Origin: Tidjanibacter sp.
GTDB taxonomy: Bacteria; Bacteroidota; Bacteroidia; Bacteroidales; Rikenellaceae
Reading direction: 5' to 3'
DNA: 64,000 nt
NCBI GenBank assembly: GCA_045576155.1
Contig: JAZNFV010000016.1
Coordinates: 20,654-84,653, forward strand
The translations under genes were made by a program, and so were the position numbers. Numbering within the stretch: the stretch's first letter is position 1; each line of letters opens with the position of its first letter. A model generated the notes under the pieces. It did not search any database. It was not told where the DNA came from and saw only the letters and a program-made list of their open reading frames with translations. This document shows positions 38,727-48,154 of this stretch, in pieces.

Positions 38727-40394
38727 ATGAATAGCAACAAAATCAAAATCGTATGTGAGAATATAGACTCCACAATGGAGGTTGAGTGGGGAACAACGCT
38801 CGGCTCTATTGCCGAGGGCATCCGCAGCAAGAGTGGCCACCCCTTCCTTGCAGCCTATGTGAACAATAGCATACGCGAGCTTGACGCACGTGTGGGCGAA
38901 CCTATGAGTGTGAGATTTATCGACATCACCCACTTCGAGGGTTCGAGGGTCTATCAGCGTACCCTCTTCTTGGCACTCCACAAGGCTGTGCGCGACCTCT
39001 ACCCCACCCACCGATTCCGCATAACCCACTCCATTTCCCGAGGCTTCTACTGCGAGATTGAGGGCATTAAGTCCACACCCGAGATTGTGAGCGCCATAAA
39101 GAAACGTCTTGATGAGATTATCGCAGCCGACCTCCCCATTGTGCGCCACAAACTGCTCAAAGACGAGGTTTTGGATATTTACCGCAAGCTCGGCTTCGAG
39201 GATAAGGTGGAGATTATCTCCTCGCGACCCCATCTCTACGTTACGGTCTATACGCTCGACGATTTGGCCGGCTACTTCTACGGCGCTCTTGCTCCCTCCA
39301 CACGCTACATCCACCTCTACGACCTGAGGGTCTATTACGACGGCATCTACATTGCTGTGCCCTCACGCACCGCCCCCGATAGTTTCGAGCCTATGGTGGC
39401 GCAAGACAAGATGTTCGACGTCTTTCGTGAGTATCGCGAGTGGGTCGATGTTATGGGCGTGGCCAACATCGGACAGCTCAACCGCAAAATTGCCGAGGGC
39501 GACGGCGGCGACCTGATAAAGATTGCCGAGGCTTTCCACGAGAAGAAACTCGGAGCAATAGCCGACAGCATAGCTCAGGCCCACGCCACCAAAGGCACTC
39601 GTATGGTATTGGTCAGCGGCCCTTCGTCGAGTGGCAAAACCACCTTCTCGAAGCGTCTGGGCATACAGCTACGCATACTCGGACTGCTGCCCACAATGAT
39701 TTCGCTCGACGACTACTTCCTCGATAGGGAGGATACCCCGCGCGACGAGAATGGCGACTACGACTTCGAGACCATCGACGCACTCGACATCGCCACCTTC
39801 AACGACCACCTCACACGTCTGTTTGCAGGCGAAAAGGTAGATATTCCACGCTACGACTTCATCACCGGTCGTCGCCAATGGCACGACGAACCCCTGCAAC
39901 TCGGCCCTCGCTCCATACTCATCGTCGAGGGCATACACGGTCTGAACCCTAAGCTGACGGCACAGATTGAGGAACACCTCAAATTCAAAGTCTATATCTC
40001 GTGCCTGACGTCTATTTCGATGGACGACCTCTCGCGCATCCACACCACCGACAACCGCCTCATCCGCCGTATGGTACGCGACAACGCCTATCGTGGCACA
40101 AGCGCCGAGGCTACGCTCAAACGTTGGCAGAGTGTGCGTCGTGGCGAGGAGAAGTATATCTTCCCCTATCAGGAGAATGCCGATGTGATGTTCAACTCTT
40201 CGCTGCTCTACGAGCTGCCAGTCTTGAAGAGCCACGTAGTACCCCTGCTGCTGGGCGTGCCCGATACGGAGGAGGTCTATGGCGAGGCCACCCGACTGCT
40301 GAAATTCATCGACAACTTCTCGCTTCTCGATGGGCGCGAGATACCCCCCACCTCACTGCTAAGAGAATTTATCGGCGGCTCATCGTTTGATTAA
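38727..40394 (+). CDS. Nucleoside (uridine) kinase with ThrRS-like N-terminal domain
   Basis: SGPSSSGKTT P-loop, SLDDYF, IVEGIHGLN, DNRLIRRMVRD. Confidence 0.9.
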   Translation: MNSNKIKIVCENIDSTMEVEWGTTLGSIAEGIRSKSGHPFLAAYVNNSIRELDARVGEPMSVRFIDITHFEGSRVYQRTLFLALHKAVRDLYPTHRFRITHSISRGFYCEIEGIKSTPEIVSAIKKRLDEIIAADLPIVRHKLLKDEVLDIYRKLGFEDKVEIISSRPHLYVTVYTLDDLAGYFYGALAPSTRYIHLYDLRVYYDGIYIAVPSRTAPDSFEPMVAQDKMFDVFREYREWVDVMGVANIGQLNRKIAEGDGGDLIKIAEAFHEKKLGAIADSIAQAHATKGTRMVLVSGPSSSGKTTFSKRLGIQLRILGLLPTMISLDDYFLDREDTPRDENGDYDFETIDALDIATFNDHLTRLFAGEKVDIPRYDFITGRRQWHDEPLQLGPRSILIVEGIHGLNPKLTAQIEEHLKFKVYISCLTSISMDDLSRIHTTDNRLIRRMVRDNAYRGTSAEATLKRWQSVRRGEEKYIFPYQENADVMFNSSLLYELPVLKSHVVPLLLGVPDTEEVYGEATRLLKFIDNFSLLDGREIPPTSLLREFIGGSSFD

Positions 40395-40600
40395 CTCTCA
40401 ACTAAAAACGCGGGTATTAAAAAATGATACCCGCGTTTTTTAATTGAGAATTGAGGGTTGAGGGGTGCGAGGGAATTTAAGGAATTTAGGGAGGTTAGGG
40501 AATAGGGCCTATAAGCCCTATGCTACCCCTGTGAACCCTGTTACCCCTGCTACCCCTGCCACCCCCACCATTTTTTGCCTTAGGGCCTTTGACGTTAGAC
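40395..40600. repeat. Modular hairpin-minisatellite element, copy 4 (core placed first, loop inverted)
   Basis: aaaaacgcgggtat-taaaaaatg-atacccgcgttttt (40404-40440), then ttgagRR 7-mers, ttaggga, ggcctataa, cccctg units, gccttagg..gacgttagac. Confidence 0.88.
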
Positions 40601-40601
40601 T

Positions 40602-40641
40602 AAAAAAAAGACCGAGAAATCCACGTCTGAATCTCTCGGTC
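40602..40641 (-). terminator. Intrinsic terminator of rplS
   Basis: Minus strand gaccgaga-loop-tctcggtc-T8. Confidence 0.75.
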
Positions 40642-40666
40642 ATTCTTTCGGTAAGCAAAGGATTGA

Positions 40667-41032
40667 CTATTTCTCCTTAGCAACGTAGCGTTTCTCTTTG
40701 ATACGAGCTTTCTTACCAGTGAGGTTGCGGAGGTAGTAGATACGTGCGCGACGTACAACACCAACTTTATTAACCTCAATCGACTCGATGTGGGGCGAGT
40801 AGAGAGGGAAAATACGCTCTACGCCTACACCGTTAGAAATTTTACGGATGGTGAACATTTTGGTTACACCACGACCTTTGATTTGGATTACCACACCACG
40901 GAAGCTCTGGATGCGCTCTTTGCCACCCTCTTTGATTTTGTAGCTTACGGTGATGGTGTCGCCGGCCTTAAACGAGGGAACCTCCTTGGGTGCCCACATA
41001 GCCTCTTCTGCGATTTTGATTAAGTTGTCCAT
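40667..41032 (-). CDS. rplS: 50S ribosomal protein L19
   Basis: [38 protein letters not shown]. Confidence 0.99.
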   Translation of the reverse strand: MDNLIKIAEEAMWAPKEVPSFKAGDTITVSYKIKEGGKERIQSFRGVVIQIKGRGVTKMFTIRKISNGVGVERIFPLYSPHIESIEVNKVGVVRRARIYYLRNLTGKKARIKEKRYVAKEK

Positions 41033-41061
41033 CTTTTATTTAATCGATTAAAAATGTTAAA

Positions 41062-41110
41062 GCGGGGAATGTTACGGACTCCTGTGTTCTCGTAAGAGAT
41101 TCCTCCACCG
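41062..41110 (-). promoter_or_regulatory. Structured rplS 5' leader (candidate r-protein leader)
   Basis: Minus strand gtgg(a)ggaat/attccccgc and ttacg/cgtaa stems lie between the promoter TATCTTTG (41116-41123) and the ATG. Confidence 0.5.
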
Positions 41111-41275
41111 GGCTGCAAAGATACATATAAAATTCAAAATTCAAAATTCAAAATTCAAAATTGATTCTATTTTTGCAACTCCAAAACATCTAACTTGCGG
41201 TAGGACTGCACATTAACCCCCGAAAATCGCACTCAAATTTTTCAACTACTTTGAGCCTTTCAGTGCTAAGAAAGG

Positions 41276-42052
41276 CTACAATTTGAGCCCTTTGAGCCAC
41301 TCCATACGGGTGTAGTCGGTCAAATCGACTTTGATGGGGACTACGGCTATATACTTATTTTTCAGTGCCCACTCGTCGGTATCCTCTGCCTCGGGCTCGT
41401 GGTTGCAGAATCCACCCGTAAGCCAGAAGTAGTCCCTACCGCGCGGGTCTTGACGGCAGAAGAACTCCTCCTTCCAGAAACCTCGTGTCTGGCGACAGAT
41501 GCGGTAGCCCTTAATCTCCTCGGGGCGGGCGATGGGGACATTGACATTCAGGCACAGAGGCTCAACCGAGGTCACACCCAGCATTGCGGGGATAAGCCTC
41601 TCGGCAAAGGCAATGGTTGCGTCGAAGTCGGCATCGTGGTCGTGGTCGTCGAGCGAGAGGCCCACCGAGGGAGCGCCATAGAAGCTGGCCTCGATAGCCG
41701 CACCCATAGTGCCCGAGTAGAGCACATTGATGGCGGCATTGGAGCCGTGATTGATGCCACTAATGTTGAGTGCGGGGGTAAGTCCCAGCTCGGGCAATAG
41801 CCAGTCGTAGGCCATCTTGACACAATCGACGGGAGTGCCGTTGCACGAATAGACCTTGATGTGGGGCTCGTCGCGTTGGAGGGTGAGGTAGAGGGGGTCG
41901 TACATTGTTATGGCGTGTGCCTTGCCCGACTGGGTTTGGTCGGGGGCGAGGGCTATAACATCGCCAAACTTAGCGGCACACTCGACCAACTGGTTGAAAC
42001 CCTTGGCGCGGTAGCCGTCGTCGTTGCTGATAAATATAATAGGTCGTTTCAT
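41276..42052 (-). CDS. surE: 5'/3'-nucleotidase SurE
   Basis: ISNDDG, NGTPVDCV, SGINHGSN, YSGTMGAAIEA. Confidence 0.97.
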   Translation of the reverse strand: MKRPIIFISNDDGYRAKGFNQLVECAAKFGDVIALAPDQTQSGKAHAITMYDPLYLTLQRDEPHIKVYSCNGTPVDCVKMAYDWLLPELGLTPALNISGINHGSNAAINVLYSGTMGAAIEASFYGAPSVGLSLDDHDHDADFDATIAFAERLIPAMLGVTSVEPLCLNVNVPIARPEEIKGYRICRQTRGFWKEEFFCRQDPRGRDYFWLTGGFCNHEPEAEDTDEWALKNKYIAVVPIKVDLTDYTRMEWLKGLKL

Positions 42053-42186
42053 TGTCTAAGATATAATTGCAATTGCCCACAAAGATAGGTTAATTTGGCA
42101 AAATACGAAACTCCTCAAAGGAGACATAGGTTATTTTGGCGCAAGGTTTGCAATCGCAAAGAGTACAAACTAAATTTCATACGCCT

Positions 42187-43368
42187 ATGAAACGCCATAT
42201 TTTTACTACTTATTTATTTCTGCCTCTTGTGTTGTTGGGTGGCGGTTGTAAGCGCCACTCTGCCACCACCGCAGAGCCTACGCCCACACCTCGTGTGGAG
42301 GTGGCGCGTGTGGTGAGCGAGAGAGTGGTTGTGCCAATGAGGTTTCAGACCCTGCTCTACTCCAACTACGACGCTACAATCCAGCCCCGCGTGAGTGGCT
42401 ACCTACTCTCGAAAGAGTTTCAGAAAGGTATGCCCGTAGAGAAGGGGCAGGTACTTTTTAGGCTCGATTCCCACCCCATTGAGTTGGAGGTTGTATCCAA
42501 TCGTGCGGCGCTTGCATCGGCCAAGACCGCTCTGGCCGAGGCCGAGAACAACTACCGACGTGCAGTTCCCTTAGCCCGCATTGAGGCCATAAGCAAGAGT
42601 GCTCTCGACCAATACAAGGCCACCTATGCCTCGGCCCAAGCGCAGGTGGAGCTTGCCTCCTCACGGCTCGACGAGTCGCTCTTGCAGCTGAGCTACACCA
42701 CCATAACATCGCCCATAAGCGGCATAATAGACGACACCGGCGCTACGATTGGCGACTGGGTGGGCGTGGGGACAAACTACTCCATCTTGGGCAGCGTGTC
42801 GAACATCGACGAGATTGGTGTCCACATCCCCATATCGTTTGCACGCTACTATCGTTTGCGCGAAACTCAGGGCGCAGATGGTGCTGCCTACGACAACTCC
42901 ACCCTCCTATCGAACATCCGTCTGCACCTTGCCGATGGCTCTATCTACCCCTACGAGGGCACATACTCCTACACTATGCGCGATGCGGGCGACCAAAGTG
43001 GCTCGATTGTAATTGTGGCCTCCTTCCCCAACCCTTCGGGGGAGCTTAAAGTGGGGCAGTCGGCAGTGGTTGTGGCCGATGTCGGCTCGCCCGAGGGTGC
43101 GCTGCTCGTACCTCAGAGTGCTGTGGTGCAGACCCTCGACAAAGCCTCGGTGTGGGTGGTCGATAGTGGGAGTGTTGCAAGGATGACCCCTGTGGTGTTG
43201 GGCGAGAAGTTCGGCACTCATTGGGTGGTGGAGAGCGGCCTCGAAGGGGGCGAAATGGTGGTCACATCGGGGACTCAGAAGCTCCGCAGTGGCACTAAGG
43301 TTATTGCCTCAACGCCAACCGCAACAACCACAAGCACAGCCAACCAAAAAGAGAACAATAACGGATAA
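42187..43368 (+). CDS. RND efflux periplasmic adaptor (MFP) lipoprotein
   Basis: IQPRVSGYL, GQVLFRLD, ITSPISG, LLVPQSAV. Confidence 0.92.
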   Translation: MKRHIFTTYLFLPLVLLGGGCKRHSATTAEPTPTPRVEVARVVSERVVVPMRFQTLLYSNYDATIQPRVSGYLLSKEFQKGMPVEKGQVLFRLDSHPIELEVVSNRAALASAKTALAEAENNYRRAVPLARIEAISKSALDQYKATYASAQAQVELASSRLDESLLQLSYTTITSPISGIIDDTGATIGDWVGVGTNYSILGSVSNIDEIGVHIPISFARYYRLRETQGADGAAYDNSTLLSNIRLHLADGSIYPYEGTYSYTMRDAGDQSGSIVIVASFPNPSGELKVGQSAVVVADVGSPEGALLVPQSAVVQTLDKASVWVVDSGSVARMTPVVLGEKFGTHWVVESGLEGGEMVVTSGTQKLRSGTKVIASTPTATTTSTANQKENNNG

Positions 43369-43376
43369 ACTGCTCT

Positions 43377-46300
43377 ATGGAAAAGTTTTTTATCAACAGA
43401 CCCATCTTCGCCATCGTCATTGCGGTGGTTATAGTTATCTTGGGAGGCTTATCCATAGGCTCGCTCCCCATTGAGCAATACCCCAACATCACCCCTGTGG
43501 TGGTGGAGGTGGAGGCCAGCTATGCGGGTGCCGATGCCGAGGTTGTAAACGACGCTGTGGCCACCCCTTTGGGCGAGAGTATTATGGGCGTAGGTCAGAT
43601 GCTTTATATGCAAAGCACCTCGGCAGGCGACGGGTCAATGTCGCTCCAAATACTCTTCGACATCGACTCCAACCCCGACATAGACGAGGTATTTGTGCAA
43701 AACCGCGTCTCCTCGGCCACAGCCCAGCTCCCCGCAGATGTTGTTCGTCAGGGCGTTACGACCCAGAAGTCGCAAACTGGCTTTCTGCTCATCTATGCCC
43801 TCTACGACAAGGGCAACATCTACGACGAGAACTTCTTGGCCAACTGGGCCTATATCAACATCCAAAACGAACTGCTGAAAATCGACGGTGTGGGCAAGGT
43901 GCAGATTATGGGTGCGGGCGAGTATGCTATGAGGGTGTGGGTCAATCCCTATCGTATGGCCTTCTACGACATCTCGGTGGAGGATATAGCCTCGGCCATT
44001 GAGAATCAGGCCACCATCTACGCAGCGGGCAAGCTCGGCGCTGAGCCTCTGGCCGAAAAGACCCCTTTCACCTACACCGTTACCACACCCCCATCGCTCT
44101 CGATGGCCGAGCAGTACGAAAATATTGTGCTGAAAATGGACTCCAACGGCCAGAGCATCACTCTGGGCGACGTGGCCCACGTGGAGTTGGGGTGTCAGAC
44201 CTATGGCACATTTTCGAGCTTCGACAGCCACCCCGCAGCCCTCGTGGCCATCTACCAAAGCCCGGGTAGCAATGCTGTGGAGGTGGGCGGAAGGGTGAAG
44301 GAGGCTATGGCCTCCATAGAGGAGCGCTTCCCCGACGGAGTGGCCAGTGCCACAGTCATCGATGCCACCGAGAGCATTGAGGAGGGTATTGGCGAGATTT
44401 TCGCCACAATGCTCTTTACACTGTTGCTGGTTGTTGGCGTAATTTTCATCTTCCTGCAAGATTTCAGAGCCACACTCATACCACTTATTGCCATACCCGT
44501 ATCTATTATTGGTGCGTTTGCACTCTTCCCCCTGCTCGGATTCTCCATCAACATCATCTCGTTGCTCGGCTTGGTCTTGGCCATTGGATTGGTGGTCGAT
44601 GATGCCATTGTGGTGGTGGAGGCGGCACAACTGGGTGTGGAGAGTGGGCTCAGCCCCCGAAAAGCCACTCTCACGGCTATGAAGCAGGTGGCCTCGCCCA
44701 TTGTTGCCACAACAGCCGTACTGCTGGCCGTATTTATCCCCGCCACACTTATGGAGGGAATTACGGGCAAGATGTTTCAGCAATTTGCAATGGGCATATC
44801 GGTAGCCTTAGTGCTCTCGGCCTTCAATGCGCTGACTCTCTCGCCTGCCCTCTGCTCGCTCCTTCTCCACAAAAGCCGTCGCCCCACACGTGGCCCGCTG
44901 GCGCTCTTCAATCGCCTCTACGACAAAGGCGTTGAGAACTACCTGAAAAAGACCTCCGTTGTGGTGCGCCACTCACTCCGCTCGCTGCTGCTTGTGGTGA
45001 TTTTGGGCGGTGGAGCGCTCTGGATGTTCCATCGCTTGCCGAGTGGTTTCCTCACCGTAGAAGACCAAGGCTACCTTATGGTCTCGGTGGAGTTGCCCGA
45101 TGCTGCAAGCGTGAGTCGCACACAAGGGGCAATAAGCAAGGTCTCGGCCCTGATTGCCGACATCGAGGGTGTCAAGCAAACCTCCTCGGTAGCAGGTTTC
45201 GACCTCATCTCGGGCGTGGCAGCCACCAATAGCGGAGTTATATTTGTCACTCTCGACGGCTACAAGGAGCGCAAAATGTCGGCCGAAGAGATAGCCTCGC
45301 TCATCAACCAGAGGCTCTACACCCTCACCGAAGGCCTTTTCTATGCCTTTGAGCCACCATCAATTCCGGGCTTGGGCGTGAGCGCAGGCGTTAGCTTTAT
45401 GTTGCTCGACCAAGGCTCGGCAGACGTGCGCTACTTGGCCGCCACAGCCGAGGAGTTTATGGAGGCGGCTCGCGCACTACCCGAAATTGCCTCCATATCG
45501 ACCCAGTTCGATGCCAATGTACCCCAACGCAAACTCGTCATCAACGAGCCTCTGGCACTCCAACAAGGAGTGTCGCTCGACGAGCTCAGGCAGATGCTCA
45601 GCACAATGCTTGGTGGCGACTACGTTGGCAACTTCAACCGCTTTGGCCGCCTCTACCAAACCTACATACAGGCCGATGCCGAGTGGCGACGCACCGAGGC
45701 CGACTTGGAGGGTTTCTACATCACCTCCTCCGATGGGCGCAGCATACCCATAGCGCCATTCGTCTCGTTGCGCGATACGGTGGGCGTGGAATACATCACC
45801 CAGTTCAACCTCTACGATGCAATAGAGATTAGCGCCACCCCAGCCGCAGGCATCTCCTCCGATACCGCAATGAAAGCTCTTAAAGCATTGGCCTCCGAGA
45901 AACTGCCCGAAGACGTGGGATTTGAGTGGAGCGGTGTGGCCTACCAAGAGGCCACCGCCACAGGTAGCACCACCACCTATCTTTTGGCCTTGGTATTTGT
46001 ATTCTTGGCCTTGGCAGCCCTCTACAACTCGTGGTCGTTGCCTATGAGCGTACTCTTGGGCGTGCCTTTGGCCCTCTTTGGCGGTGTGGCACTGGTGAGT
46101 TTGATGCACATTTTCAACCCCATCTACATAGATAATATATTTATGAAGGTGTCGCTCGTCATGCTCATTGGACTCTCGGCCAAAAGCGCCATATTGGTTG
46201 TGGAGTATGCCGACAAACGATTCTTCGACGACGGTATGGAGCTACACCACGCAGCATTGGAGGCAGCACGTCTGCGTCTGAGACCAATCCTAATGACCGC

Positions 46301-46535
46301 CCTCGCATTCATCGTGGGCATACTGCCTCTGATATTCGCCTCGGGAGCCTACTCCGTTGCACGCAACATTATGGGCGTGGCTCTGGTGGGAGGTGTGGGC
46401 ATTGCCACCCTGCTGGGCATATTCATCTACCCCTCCCTCTACTATCTCATCGGACGTATAGCAGGCTTTGAGGCAAAACGCGAAAGGAACAAACGTAAAA
46501 AATTGGAATATGAAAAAGAGAATACATTGCAGTAG
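43377..46535 (+). CDS. RND efflux permease (HAE1/AcrB family)
   Basis: FINRPIFA, LPIEQYP, VDDAIVVVE, AKSAILVVE, RLRPILMT. Confidence 0.96.
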   Translation: MEKFFINRPIFAIVIAVVIVILGGLSIGSLPIEQYPNITPVVVEVEASYAGADAEVVNDAVATPLGESIMGVGQMLYMQSTSAGDGSMSLQILFDIDSNPDIDEVFVQNRVSSATAQLPADVVRQGVTTQKSQTGFLLIYALYDKGNIYDENFLANWAYINIQNELLKIDGVGKVQIMGAGEYAMRVWVNPYRMAFYDISVEDIASAIENQATIYAAGKLGAEPLAEKTPFTYTVTTPPSLSMAEQYENIVLKMDSNGQSITLGDVAHVELGCQTYGTFSSFDSHPAALVAIYQSPGSNAVEVGGRVKEAMASIEERFPDGVASATVIDATESIEEGIGEIFATMLFTLLLVVGVIFIFLQDFRATLIPLIAIPVSIIGAFALFPLLGFSINIISLLGLVLAIGLVVDDAIVVVEAAQLGVESGLSPRKATLTAMKQVASPIVATTAVLLAVFIPATLMEGITGKMFQQFAMGISVALVLSAFNALTLSPALCSLLLHKSRRPTRGPLALFNRLYDKGVENYLKKTSVVVRHSLRSLLLVVILGGGALWMFHRLPSGFLTVEDQGYLMVSVELPDAASVSRTQGAISKVSALIADIEGVKQTSSVAGFDLISGVAATNSGVIFVTLDGYKERKMSAEEIASLINQRLYTLTEGLFYAFEPPSIPGLGVSAGVSFMLLDQGSADVRYLAATAEEFMEAARALPEIASISTQFDANVPQRKLVINEPLALQQGVSLDELRQMLSTMLGGDYVGNFNRFGRLYQTYIQADAEWRRTEADLEGFYITSSDGRSIPIAPFVSLRDTVGVEYITQFNLYDAIEISATPAAGISSDTAMKALKALASEKLPEDVGFEWSGVAYQEATATGSTTTYLLALVFVFLALAALYNSWSLPMSVLLGVPLALFGGVALVSLMHIFNPIYIDNIFMKVSLVMLIGLSAKSAILVVEYADKRFFDDGMELHHAALEAARLRLRPILMTALAFIVGILPLIFASGAYSVARNIMGVALVGGVGIATLLGIFIYPSLYYLIGRIAGFEAKRERNKRKKLEYEKENTLQ

Positions 46536-47979
46536 GCCCACCCACAAGCCTCTCCTTTGGGCCTTGGGCGCTGGGGCGTTGCTCCTCGGCGGAGGAGGAT
46601 GTGCCGTAGCCCCTCCCGATGTGCCACCCGTAGGCATCCCCGATGAGTATATCTTCGCTCAGGAGGGCGACACACTTGTGGTGGTGGGGGCTGAGTGGTG
46701 GGAGATTTTCGGCGACACCACACTCAACCGACTCATAGCCACCGCCTTGGAGCGCAACAACAACTTGGCCATAGCCGCCTCCAAAGTAGCGCAAGCACAA
46801 GAGCAACTGGCAGCCGTCAGGGCCTCCTTCGCCCCCGCAATCGACATCGAAGCAGACGCCTCGGCAACCTACACCACCCCCACAGGAGCATCGAAAAAGA
46901 GCATCGTGCAGAGCTACTCGCTCCTGCCACGTGTCAGCTGGGAGTTCTCGCTCTTTGGGGGCGTTAGGGCCTCCATTGAGGGCGCAAATGAGCAGTATAT
47001 AGCCACCGAGTGGGGCTACCGCGCCACAAGACTCGCTCTGGAAGCTCAGGTGGCCACAACCTACTTCCAGTGGTTGCAGTATGCTCGCTCGTTGGAGATT
47101 TCCGAGCGTAGCTACACCCTGCGCCAACAAGCCCAGCAGAAGGCCGACTCACTCTACTACTATGGCTACACCTCGGGGGTCGATTTGCAGCAGGCACGCT
47201 CGCTTACGGCCACAGCCGCAGCCGACATTCCCGCCTACCGTAGAGCTATGGTGCAGACCAACCTCATACTCAATACGCTGCTTGGCGGCGAGCCCGAGTT
47301 GCTACCAATGCCTCCCCACTCACGCGAGTGTACTCACTCGCTCGGAGCACAACTCGATGGGCTCTACTGCGGCCATCTGACAGCCACGCCACTGCCGGCC
47401 TACATCCCCAGCGGACTACCCTCGTCGCTCTTGGAGCGCAGGCCCGACGTTATGGAGGCCTACCACAAACTGCTCTCGGCAGCAGCACAGACACAGGTGG
47501 CTCGTGCCGCTCGACTCCCCTCCATAGCCCTCACAGGCGAGGGTGGCCTGCTCTCCTCCACCCTCAAAGGGCTCACGTCGAAAAATCCCGCCTACTGGAC
47601 TGCCGCCCTCTCGCTCACACAACCCCTACTCCGCTTCGGCAAACTTAAAGCCGATGAGAAGGTGGCCTTTGAGCAGTGGCGACAAGCCTCCTACGCCTAC
47701 CGGCAGACCGTACTTTCGGCCCTCACAGATGTGGAGAGTGCGCTTGTGGCCATAGAGAGCTACAACAATCAAGCAGAACGCTACATCGAACTCTTGCAAG
47801 CCAACAATAGCCTCCGCACGATGACTGCGGCACTCTATGCCGACGGCCTTGCCTCGTCGCTCAACCTGATTGATGCCGAACGTAACCTCTACTCCTCACA
47901 GCTCGACTACATTGCCCTGCTGACCGAACAACTCACCGCCTACGTCACCCTCTATAAAGCCCTCGGCGGCGGCTGGTAA
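46510..47979 (+). CDS. TolC/NodT family outer-membrane efflux lipoprotein
   Basis: WWEIFGD..LN.LI..AL..N, LLERRPDV, LYKALGGGW. Confidence 0.95.
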   Translation: MKKRIHCSRPTHKPLLWALGAGALLLGGGGCAVAPPDVPPVGIPDEYIFAQEGDTLVVVGAEWWEIFGDTTLNRLIATALERNNNLAIAASKVAQAQEQLAAVRASFAPAIDIEADASATYTTPTGASKKSIVQSYSLLPRVSWEFSLFGGVRASIEGANEQYIATEWGYRATRLALEAQVATTYFQWLQYARSLEISERSYTLRQQAQQKADSLYYYGYTSGVDLQQARSLTATAAADIPAYRRAMVQTNLILNTLLGGEPELLPMPPHSRECTHSLGAQLDGLYCGHLTATPLPAYIPSGLPSSLLERRPDVMEAYHKLLSAAAQTQVARAARLPSIALTGEGGLLSSTLKGLTSKNPAYWTAALSLTQPLLRFGKLKADEKVAFEQWRQASYAYRQTVLSALTDVESALVAIESYNNQAERYIELLQANNSLRTMTAALYADGLASSLNLIDAERNLYSSQLDYIALLTEQLTAYVTLYKALGGGW

Positions 47980-48154
47980 AGACGCCCTTGTAACCCTTGT
48001 AACCCCTGCTACCCCTGTAAAAAAACGCGGGTATCTTTTTTAATACCCGCGTTTTTTATAGGGCTTATAAGCCACTCCTTAAATTCCCTACATTCCCTAA
48101 CCTCTCTAAATTCCCTAATCTCCCTCTTAATTTTCAATTTTCCATTTTCAATTC
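47980..48154. repeat. Modular hairpin-minisatellite element, copy 5
   Basis: (cccttgtaa)n, core aaaaaacgcgggtat-ctttttta-atacccgcgtttttt (48020-48057), then inverted gggcttataa, ttccctaaa and ttcaatt modules. Confidence 0.9.

Noticed and set aside
37187-42052. Apparent nucleotide-salvage cluster (5'-nucleotidase, nucleoside kinase, surE)
   Set aside because: Genes are in different orientations with separate promoters and are split by rplS; no evidence of a unit.
42187-47979. RND efflux operon as a novel system
   Set aside because: Standard MFP-RND-TolC triplet with expected motifs; the 26-bp gene overlap is ordinary.
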